Source of the DNA: Protoeuglena noctilucae | Taxonomy: Eukaryota | Assembly: GCA_958009085.1 (NCBI GenBank) | Contig: OY253686.1 | Coordinates: forward strand, 496,001-560,000 | Length of the DNA stretch: 64,000 bases | Direction: 5' to 3' | Part shown: positions 51,738-62,500 of the stretch, piece by piece | Position numbering within the stretch: the stretch's first letter is position 1 | Layout: each line of letters begins with the position of its first letter | Notes under the pieces: generated by a model | Database searches by the model: none | The model's input: the letters and a program-made list of their open reading frames with translations, nothing else | What the model was told of the DNA's origin: nothing | Position numbers and translations under genes: made by a program

Positions 51738-53000
51738 TCACGCCAGCCCGTGCGTCCTTGCCACTTCCGTGACCGCCTCCTCCTGGTGAGGGTGGAGGCC
51801 GTTGGCCGCCGGCCCAGCCATGTCCAGCGCGGCCTGGAAGGGGTCCTTAACCCCCGCCGGGTTCGTAAAGGGCTGCCCCGGGGTGGACAGCAGCCCTTCG
51901 ATAAACCGCAGGCACAGGTAGGGCGTGTGCATGGGTGAGTAGCCCCCCTCGTGCACCGCCAGCAGCCGCCCGCCCGCCAGCTCCTCCGCGAGCGCGCGCA
52001 GGCGGCAGCCCAGGTCATAGAAGTCATTGCCCGTCAGGCCCATGCGCGCGAGCGGGTCAAACGCCCCCGCGTCGATCCCCGCAGACACCACGACCGCGTC
52101 GCAGGGGCCGAAGCGGCGCAGCGCGGGGTCCACGATGCGGTCCCACGCGCAGCGGTACGCCCCCCCGCCGGAGCCGGGCGGGAGCGGAATGTTGACCGTC
52201 GTCCCCGCCCCGTCGCCCTCCCCCCGCTCCTCCAGCGCCCCGTGGTGCCTCGCCCGGCCCGTCGCATGCTCCACGGGCTGCGGGTAACACCCGCTCTGGT
52301 GCAGGGACACGAACAGCACGCGAGGGTCGCCGTAGAAGGCGCGCTGCGTGCCGTTGCCGTGGTGCACGTCGACGTCGACGATCGCGACCCTCTTGGCCGC
52401 GCCCGTCGCCAGCGCGGCCGCCACCGCCACGGCCACGTTGCTGAAGATGCAGAAGCCCTGGGCCTGCCCGGGCATCGCGTGGTGACCCGGGGGGCGACAC
52501 AGCACGTAGGACAGGCGCTCCTCAGATGCCGCGTCCGGCCGCAGCACCCGCGCGAGCGCGTCAATGCAGGCGCCGGCCGCGCGAGAGGCGATGTCGAAGG
52601 TGCGGGGTCCGAAGTACGCCTCCTCGCCAATCGCGCCCCACTTGCCGGCGGTGGCCGCGACCTCGTCCACGTACGCGGCCGTGTGGACGCGCTGCAGCTC
52701 CTCGCGCGTGGCCGGCCGGGGCAGCCCGGCGTCGTGGAGGAGCGGCCCGCCGTTGTCGGAAAGCATTCCCGCGTGCTCCATCATCCGCGCGCATCGGCGC
52801 TTGGTGTCCGGGTCGTCCCAGTGCGGCGTCGGATCGACGTCCGGGTCCACGCCCCCGGCGGAAACGTGCCAGAAATACACGTCATGCGTGTGGAAACGCA
52901 TCTCGGGCTGGGCCGCGGCGCCGCAGCGTTGCGGGGATCTGGAAGCAGGAGACGCGCGCGGGGGTCCCCTGCGGGTCGCGGAAGAAGGGCAGTCGGCCAT
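51738..53000 (-). CDS. Zn-dependent histone deacetylase-family amidohydrolase (bacterial HDAH-like), single exon
   Basis: RPPGHHA, GFCIFSN, DVDVHHGNGTQ, SLHQ, NIPLPPGSG, SAGIDA..DPLARM, HEGGY in one uninterrupted ORF. An alternative ATG is at 52901. Confidence 0.93.
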   Translation of the reverse strand: MADCPSSATRRGPPRASPASRSPQRCGAAAQPEMRFHTHDVYFWHVSAGGVDPDVDPTPHWDDPDTKRRCARMMEHAGMLSDNGGPLLHDAGLPRPATREELQRVHTAAYVDEVAATAGKWGAIGEEAYFGPRTFDIASRAAGACIDALARVLRPDAASEERLSYVLCRPPGHHAMPGQAQGFCIFSNVAVAVAAALATGAAKRVAIVDVDVHHGNGTQRAFYGDPRVLFVSLHQSGCYPQPVEHATGRARHHGALEERGEGDGAGTTVNIPLPPGSGGGAYRCAWDRIVDPALRRFGPCDAVVVSAGIDAGAFDPLARMGLTGNDFYDLGCRLRALAEELAGGRLLAVHEGGYSPMHTPYLCLRFIEGLLSTPGQPFTNPAGVKDPFQAALDMAGPAANGLHPHQEEAVTEVARTHGLA

Positions 53001-54256
53001 TCGGCCCGCACGTCGTATGATATGATCCTAACGAGGCCACGGCGCGGCGAATCGCGGGCCCGAGACTCGCGCGCAGCGCATGGCTCGTCGCGAGATGGGC
53101 GCACCTGGCCAAGGGTCCGCCGCGGGTCCGTGGTCGCGCAGGTGCACCGATGGAGAGCGCCCTCAGCATATCGCATGGAAAGGAGCCCGAATGGGGTGAC
53201 GATGGGTCGTGTCCGCGGCTTGTTCTTCGCGTTGCCTGGGGCAAGGGACGCCCTGCTTGAAACCGGGTGACGGTCCAGGTCGGGCGTGGAGCGGGGCACG
53301 CGGCAGCCCGCTTACATCACAACCCTTGGCGCTGGGCTGTGCTGTTCTGTGTCCAGCCGGGACTGACAAATCTGGCGAGTCCGACTGGTATTTTTGTCCC
53401 ACTGATGCCTTCGTAGCTGCCAACATTCGTTCCGTCATCAGTTCGCAAGGCGCGCGTGTCTGGCGTTGCACCGATCCCTGCAGCTGAAAGATTCGAGCTC
53501 GATTGAGGTGAGCGGAAGGAATCCTTCACCGATCGCTCTGATGACAGGAGAGTGGGTGTAAATGGTCATGTTTGTGATGGGGGAGGGTGACTTGGATCCG
53601 TTGAGGCCGCGAGATGGGGGTTTTACGGTTGCCTTGCAATGGCCCTTAATCCTGCCTCGTCTTCCCGTGCGGGGAAGTTTTGCCACGCTCCATCGATACG
53701 ATTGTATAATGTACGTTAGGCAGCCGTCCGACAAGGCGCCCAAACCAACCAGCGCCACGCTTTCGTATGGTCAGAGTTGTTAGCATGCTTCGTGATTTCC
53801 CGCTCTTCCTGCCGCCCCCTCTTGCCTTCTGCGCGCACACTGTACACTATGTTGCAGATACAAGCCTGAGGCTGGTTTGGATCATGCTAGCGCCTCGAGG
53901 ATTGGCGCTGCGGGGCATGCATCGTTTGGCAGAGCACAGTTTCCATGCTGGCCTTGCTTTCGGGGCTATCCTCCTAATCATGGGCTCATCGTGTTCCTTA
54001 CCTTCACAACACTGTTCCAGTGCTAGCAAGCCCCGGTGGGACGGTGCCTCAACACCAAGCCTTACACTGTCTGCTAGCCCGCACCGTCGCTGGCAAAGCT
54101 GCCCATTACCGCTTGCTAAACAGCGCTGACGCTTCCGTCTGCAGGCAACTTTCGATTTCCCGTCGTCGCCGCGTGCGAAACGCGACGAAGGGAAGCCTGG
54201 TTGGCAGAGAGCGAACGTCTTGGGCGCTTGGGTCCCGTTGACAGGTCTGCGTCGAC

Positions 54257-57200
54257 ATGCAGACGCCCCGTGGGGTGAGTGCGGGGGAGCACGCTTATAC
54301 TTACACGTCATGCATCGAAGTACGGGATGTGGCATGGCATTGCAGATGTGGCACACACCTCCTTTTCCCTCGCTCTCCGCGCAGGCATGGCGGCCTAGCC
54401 GCACAGTGGCTTGGCTGCTGGTGGCCCTCGTCGTCCTGCTCTGTGCCACCTTCAGTGACACCACGTCGACTCCGACCCCCACATCGACTCCGAGCCCCAC
54501 CGGGACCACTACCTCGACGCCTTCCAGCCGCACCCCGGCCATCTCGGCATCCGCATCGGGGACCTGCGCACTCTTCCAGGACGGTGGTATAGTTTGCTGG
54601 GGATACGGATGGACCAGCACCCTCGTCACGTTCACCAAGACTTCTCTCCCCGACTTTACGTCCTTGTGGGGGGGGGAACCCTTCGTCGACCTTTGTGCCT
54701 CGGACTCGGCAGGAAAGGCAGTGTGCTGTGGGAACAACGCCTTCGGCCAGCTGGGACAAGGTGACACAACGTCACGGTCGTGCTTCGGATCCACCACCGC
54801 TGCCATCCCAGTCATCGATTTTGGCACCAACGTCGACGTTGTGTCAATGGACGCAAACGGCGGCGTCACCTGTGCCATCAGTTCAAGTGGGGGCCTCAAA
54901 TGCGTAGGCTCTAATGACGGCGGCGGACTTGGTCAGGGAGACACTGTCAACCGCGGAGGCCTCAACGGCCTCATGGGAGATCTCCTCCCTTACGTTGACC
55001 TTGGCACTGGTAAGAAGGCTGCGCAGGTGACAGTTGCTGATGGGTCGACCTGCGTCCTTCTCACCGACAAGACAGTGAAGTGCTTTGGGTGGAGTGTCAG
55101 TGCCAATGGATTTACTGACACTCTGGTCGGCGATCAGCCAAATGAAATGGGGGACAACCTGCCTACTGTGCCTTTCCCAGGGGGTCTAGGTGCACTGGAC
55201 GTTTCCAGCAGCTATCGATGGGCATGTGCCGTTTTGACCGACCAGAGTGTGACTTGCTGGGGGGATAATAGCAGTTTTGGGAGGCTCGGGATAGGGAGCA
55301 CGGCGGGTGTATATGGGTCGAACAGCTCCCCATTGTCCACCGTGAACCTGGGGGGAAGCGGGTCTCTTAAGGCCACTGCTGTGAGAACTGGGGCCGATCA
55401 TGCCTGCGTGTTGTTCACAACTGGCCAGGTGAAGTGCTGGGGCGGCAATTCCTACGGCCAGCTTGGAGCGGGTGACTTGCATAACAGAGGCACTAGTGCT
55501 GGTGACATGGGGGACAACCTCCCTTTCCTTAGCCTAGGCACCGGCCGCAAGGTCCAGTCGATCGCCCTTGGTGACAACCACACGTGTGTGCTGTTTACCG
55601 ACTACAACATGGCTTGCTTTGGCAGGAATGACCAGAAGCAGCTTGGATATGGCGATACTTTGGGACGCGGGTACCTAGCAACACAGATGGGGGACAATCT
55701 AGCCCTGCTTCCTCTAAATCTTTTGCAGTCGAGCACCCCGCCGCCGCCGCCGCCCCCTCCTCCCCCTCCCTCCCCTCCCCCTTCCCCTCCCCCTCCACCC
55801 CTCCCCCTTTCCGTCCACCCCCACCTTTCCGCGCCCCCCCGCCATCCCCACCGCCCCCCCCCCCACCCGCTCCCCCGTCCCCACCTTTCGCCGCCCTTGC
55901 GCTGGCCCCGACGTCGCCGACGGTGGGGTTGTCTGCTGCGTATAACGTCGCATGCGCACTCTTTGAGGACAGCGGCGTCGCATGCTGGGGTGATGGCGGC
56001 GCCGATCGTGGTCTCGGTTACCAGAAGTCCCCTGCCCTCCTCCTGCCCTTTACGATGACTGGCTTGTCCAAAGGCTTATCCGAGGTGTTGGCCATGTCCA
56101 GCTCTAGCAAGATTTTGTGCGTGATGTTTCATGGTCAGAGGGGTAAGCTGGCTTGTTGCGGGTTCTTTGACCCCGTGAGTGGCCAGTACAACAGATGTGC
56201 CGGGCTGGGGACGGGTCCTAACACGATGCGTGCTGTCAGCTTTGGATCTGACTTTGACATTGCCTCCTTCTCGGCTTTCGATGAGGGTGTATGTGCAGTC
56301 TCGACGAGTGGGGGGCTCAAATGCATGCACAACAAAAACAATAATGCGTATCTGGGGCTCCCTGCCGTGTCAGGTGCCGACATCCCGTTGCTGACCGTGA
56401 GCACATCTCAAAACCTTGTGGGTGTCTCCGTCGCGCCCACTGGCAGGTCAGTCTGCGCTCTCTTCGCCGACTATACTGCCAAATGTTGGGGCATGGGAGT
56501 CTCAGGCAACGGGGTTGCCAGAGTTGCCTACACCGCTAACTCGACGATAGGCAACACCGCACCAGTCGCACTGCCAGGTGGCTATGGAGCGCTCAGCGTA
56601 TCAGCCAACGACGGCTTTGCGTGTGCGATCCTCACCTCTTATAGGGTCACATGCTGGGGTATCAACAGTCCTGAGGGACGTCTCGGGACGGGAGACAACG
56701 TGGCCGGGATTTACGGGCCACCGACGACCATTTATGACCCTCCGTTCACTTTAGTAGACTTTGGGGGGAGCGGGAGCCTCCAGGCGACCACTGTGGCTAC
56801 GGGTCAGAACCACGCCTGCGTCATCTTCTCCACGGGGCAGGTCAAATGCTGGGGAGCGAATTCGTCAGGCGAGCTTGGCATCGGGGACTTCAAGAATCGA
56901 GGTTCGGCTGCTACAGACATGGGCGACGCGCTGCCCTTTGTCGATCTCGGTGGCCGGAAGGCCCGGTCTCTTGCCCTGGGCAACTCCTTCACGTGCATCA
57001 CGCTGGACGATCTCAGCGTCAAGTGCTTCGGTAAGAACGACGCCGCACAGCTGGGTCTGGGCACCGTCTCTGCGACAGGCGCGGGCACCCTGGGCATCAA
57101 TCTGGCCGACTCGAGCGGCCTGCACTTCAAGCAAGGGTGGTGGTTCACGTACACGTCCGACGTGCTCGTCCTCCCCGCTACCCTGTGGAGCTTCACAGGG

Positions 57201-59059
57201 GGTGCGGTGATGGGCGGAGTGATGCTGGGCATCTTTGCGGTGCTGGCGCTCGCCGCGCTCATCCAGGTGACTGCGGCGCTTTGAGATCGCGCTCCACCCT
57301 CTGAGCGTAGCCAGCCGCATCGCTCGCACCGCGGCTCGACGTGTGACGCAGCGTCATCGATGACATCCTCGCAGGACGGGTTCTGGTCCTTCTGGGCTCA
57401 GAAGGCGATGTGGTTCAAGATGCTCATGCGCACCGTGGACATGGCCTCCAACGTACTCTACATCGCAGCCACGCCCATGGCGCGCAAGAGCATTGCACGT
57501 GAGGCCCCTGCCATGTATACCCTCTCTACTGATCTGGTTTACGCTTCGAGCCTTGTGACAACCGACCCCGCAATCGGCCTCTGCCCACGCAGTGTCCCTA
57601 ATCGTGCTCATGTTCACAGCGCCGGTGGCCAACACGGCGATGATGTTGTGGGGGCGCCAGGTCGAGTGAGGCGCTGCGCATGCGCTGCGGTGGTTACGTA
57701 TACGGCAAACTGCGCTGTCATCGATATTGCAGGGAACCCCATGCAATGCAATGCCTTCCCCTGCCCGCTCCGTTGTCTGCAGTCTCAGCCGTTGGATCCC
57801 GCAGGAGACCCTGTACCCCTTCGCGCCTCTGATGTTCGTCGTATTCGGGACCATGGACTTCGCCTCTGTGGACCTCTTCCTCGGCTGCACCTGCCTCCTG
57901 CCTGCCGGCCTGGACCACGAGCGATTCCCTTTGGCCCAGAGATATGACCCGGTGAGCGCAGTCGAGACCGCGACACGCGGTCTCCTCACACACGCGGGGA
58001 TGGACCTAGACACGCTCTCTTCGCCGCACCGCAGGATGGCGAGCTGGACGACGCGCCGCCGATGGTGCGGTGGCTGGCCAAGCCCCTCCAGGGCGTGTAC
58101 GGGTGGTCGAGCAGGAAACTGGAGTACCTCCTTTTGAAGTCCCTCTGCAGCGTCGTCGGGCTCGCTTGGCTGGCCCTGTCGGCGAGCATGGTGGCTGTCA
58201 TTTACTCTTTGTTCCTGACCCTCCTGGCCATTAAGACTCTGGCGTTCCTCTTCTTCGTGGGATCGGGGACGATCGCACACCCGCTCGTCATGTCGTGGTA
58301 TGCGCCGGCTGAGGATCCCGAAGCCGACGATGCCGGTTCCGCCGACCACCTCGACGTCCGCCGGCAGGCCCTCAAGGTGTTCGTGGCCAGCTGCACGGTG
58401 GAAATGATTCTGGAGGACCTTCCGCAGATGGCCCTGCAGACCTTCAACTCGGTCAGCCTGGGGCAAGCCAAGAACGTCATGTGAGTGTCGGCAGCTGGCT
58501 TGTTGGGCTGGGCTGTTGTGGAAGGCTGTGAACTGCGACAGACAACCAGCAACTTGCTTTACCTTAACTCAGCTTACCCTGACTCCGCTGCCCTCAGCTT
58601 CCTGGTGTCCCTCGTGTCGGGTGCCTTCTTTATCCTGAGGGAGCTGTACGAGGTGGCCGGGATGCTGATCTGCGAGAAGACCGGACTATTTAACCTTGAC
58701 AGGGCGTGGCAGGTGACGATGCATCATCGATGATATCAGGGGTATGTATTGATGCATACCCAGCCTGCAGCTGACAGCATGCGCCCCGCACGCCACGCCC
58801 TGGCGCGTAGGGGCTTGCGCAAGGCAGCTGCGATATGAGTAGTCATCGAATCAGCACGATCCGCGTCCCACTGCGCCCGCAGCCCGACAAGATGTTTGGC
58901 GCACCGGCGGCTGCGCCCAAGATCCCCCACTCCGTCACCCCTCCCACCCTCGAGCGGATGAGCCGAGCGTCCGGGACGGACGCCAACACGTCGGCCAAGA
59001 CGTGGGCCCACTATCTGAGCCTCGACAAGTACCTGTGGAAGGCCAAGGATTCGGAGTGA
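54257..59059 (+). CDS. Predicted membrane protein: signal peptide, two RCC1/BLIP-II repeat regions separated by a polyproline linker, then a multi-TM C-terminal region
   Basis: MQTPRG|AWRPSRTVAWLLVALVVLLCATFS signal-like start. Repeated HACV..GQVKCWG.N..GQLG.GD and MGDNLP..LG units at 54560-55720 and 55930-57060. Hydrophobic segments follow 57180, with LEDLPQMALQ at ~58410. Frame break in the C-rich linker 55740-55870. Confidence 0.8.
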
Positions 59060-59590
59060 CGCTGACTAATCGCAAGTGGCAACCAAGTACAACTTGATGA
59101 CGCATGATCGACATGATATGAATTGGCATACATGGCATGGCTTGGCATGGCACGTCGCGGCCAGCATTGGCGATGCGACTTTGCAGGCTCGCGGCTCGCG
59201 GCGATCTTTTCCTCGGTTCCCTGGCGGCCTCTTTTGAAACCGTCCCAGTTGAGTCGAGGCTGTGTCCGCGCATGGCAGAGGGCGCAGAGGGCGCAGTGCG
59301 AAGGGATGGCGCGCAGCGCAGGCTAGCTGTCCGCACACTGTTCAAGGCTCTGCAAGGCTGCGGCTACCTCTCAAGGGAGTTCTATACAGCAAAGCAAAGG
59401 CTGCAGCTGCCAGGCTATGAATTCGCTCAAACCCCAGGGCAGTGTCGGCAAAAGCAGTGAAACACCAGTACAGCAGTGAGACAGCACGGGAGCATTGGCT
59501 CACTCCTCCTCATCCCCCCAGCCGGTGGTACCACGAAGCAGTGACACATCAAGCCACGGCTGCCCCCCATCTCTCCATCACCCCCCCCCC

Positions 59591-62500
59591 CTAACCCAGC
59601 CGGTGGTAGATGTCACAAACGCCCGTTCCCACCGGCGCCACCCTGCCCAGCACCAGAGCAGAGGATGGGGTGCGGAGGTCGTCCACCGCTCCCTTGAGCG
59701 TCGCATCGGTGAGGAACTGGGAGGCCGTCTCGAAAGACATCTGTGCAGTGGGGAGTGGGGGTGGGGGGTTGTTATATCTTGTTGTTGTATATGTAACTGC
59801 AGGTGATGGAGTGGCACTGGTGAGGAACTGCGAGGCTGTAATCGAGGGACATCTGCACGTGGGCGATGGGTAGATGCAGGGGGTTGTTGAGTGCAATGTA
59901 TGCGGGTGTGGGTTTGGTGTACTGATGTGCTCTGCTCTGCCCGTGCCCCCCTGTCACGACCATATCTAGACCATACCAACTACACTATCGCTTCGCAGCA
60001 CGTCACACACTGCATCTCATATCCCCACCCCCTTTCTTGCCTTGAGGAACGGGCACGGCGATGAGTCGATGCCGATGCGGTTCATGGGTCGATAGGACCC
60101 CAGGAAGGTCATGTAGTCGGCAATGAGCGAGAGGTGGCGGGGGTCGACCGCGATGCCGTACGCGGCAAAGACGGACTGGGGGGGTTGGGATGGGGGGGAT
60201 GGGGTGTTGAGTGTGTTTGTCAATTAAAAAGCGGTGTTGAATGTGTGTAATGGGGAGCGAGAGAAGGGCAGTGAGGGATGGTACGCGGCGAAGAGGGGCT
60301 GGTGCAGTGAAGGAAATCGTGAAAGTCGCCCAGTGCTATTTACTAATTTCAATTAACCACGCCATATAGTTCAACTCGCCTTGACCTCGTGGACGATGGT
60401 GGCCCTTGCGGCCTCGACCCCGTAGTAGCGCAGCATGGTGCCCACGTCATTGGTTCGAATCTTGCTGAGGGAGGAGAGGGGAAGGGGACACGGTCAAACA
60501 TGTTGGGTCCATTCCGCTTTCTGCTCTTAGTCACTCAGCCCACTGCTAGGCAACCACTGGGTCATTCGCAGCCATTCAGCTCATCACTCCTCCTACCACA
60601 GCTCATCCTACTGATCATTGCTAGCAAGCAATCCATCACTCACTTGACGTCCACCACGCCATCTCAGCCAGTCCCAGACTCACTAACAAGCACTACTAAC
60701 AACAGCACTATTACACTAAGCAACTACTCACTTGACGTCCACCACGTCATCCGCCCCCAACGCCGCCTCGACGTTGATGCCGTCCGTCTGCACCCTTGCC
60801 GGACCCTCCCCACCCGCCCCCTCCCCCAGCACAAAAACCTTGTCGATACCGGGTGTAATGCGGACGGGGGTGGCCACGGCCGCTTGCTGTGCCAACTCCA
60901 AGATGAGGAGCTTGGGGCTGTCGAGAGGGAGGGTGACTGCGGTTGGCAGTGGGGGTGGTGTTAAGGGTGGCAGTGGGGGTGGTAGTAAGGGTTGGCGTAG
61001 GGGGTGGCAGTGGGGGTGGCAGTGAGAGCGAGGGGGTAGCTACCATGCTCAACAAGCTATCATTATTATCCCATCCCATCATCTCCACCCCCACCCACCA
61101 CTCACTCGACACCTCGCACCGCCACGCCTTTCCGTCCGCCCTCCCCGTCACCGCACCCCCATCCCCACCCCCGCCCCTCCCCCGCCTGTCCCCCCCTCTC
61201 CCCGACCCCTCCCCCTTAACAATCCCCATTCTCCTCTTCTCAATTGCGTCATTACCACCGCCCTCGTCCCCCGATGCCCCACTCCCGCTCTCCCCATCGC
61301 TGTCACTGCCATCGCGCTTTGCAGTGGTTGCATTCCCCTCCCCCATTCGACGCTGCGCCCTCTCCGCCCGCCTCGCGATCGCCTTATCCTCATCGTCCAT
61401 CTCCTCGTATGTCTGAGGAAGGGGTTGTGTTTTGGTAATATTGGTTGATAATATATAGTATTATCATTACTACTACTGTCAATGATTATCACCCATATAA
61501 CAAATCTATCAAACTTAAGCACGATTAGTTACCAATACATCGCAGTGCAGCGTCCCGACACCCAAAACTCTCACCTCCCATATCGCAGCCACCAACACCC
61601 TCGACCCAACCCAAGCATTAACAACACCCATGCAACTACAATCAAAAGAACAGAATCACCAACCACCCCCCCCAACCACCCCCCACTCTCTCCCCACAGA
61701 CCACACCCCTCACCTTCATCTCCCTCCCGTCCCCATGCCACCGCCTCCGCCCATCCCCCTCCTCCTCCCCCCCCTCATCCTCATCGTCATCGTCCTTATC
61801 CTTCTTCTTCCCCATTTTCATATCCATTCCCTTATCCTTATCTTTGCCCTCCCCACCCATCTCCCCCTCCCCATCACCACCATCCCCCTCCCCGTCACCC
61901 CCATCGCCATCGCCACCCCCTTTTACATCGAACCGACCCATCGCCTCCTTCCCCCCCGTCTTTCTCTTAATCTCCGCCTTTATCGCCGATTTCAAACGGG
62001 GGAGGAAGCGGGATTCGAACGCAGACTCGATCTCGTGCCACGCCAGAGACGCTTCGGCGGGGTAGGCATCCGATGGGTAAAAGTCCAAGCAGACGCGGTA
62101 CAGGCTGCGATTGAGGGGGAGGGAGGTGGATAATGATAAATGTTGCAATATTACAACAATAATTACAATGTTACAGTAGTAATAACGTTAGTTTTTATAA
62201 AAATATAAATATTATCAAAATAACAATAATATTGCAATTTAATTATTATTACAGATTCTCTTAAAAAACCCCCCCATTTATCAGCCCCCAACACATCTCT
62301 CACCGGCTCCTCAGTCCCCCCGCGTCGTTTCTGGCGTCGGCCGCCGGAAACTCCTCCACCCGCATCCCCGCCAGCACCTCGGCCAGCCTCAGCTTGCGCA
62401 GCTGCGTTGCCAGCGCCGTCGCCTCCGTTATTCCCATGTTATGTCTCACGGGGAGTGTCATGACGGGGGTCTTGCATGTCATGGCCGCTGTCATGAGGAT

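Noticed and set aside
51951..53270. 439-aa plus-strand ORF
   Set aside because: Antisense shadow of the deacetylase ORF.
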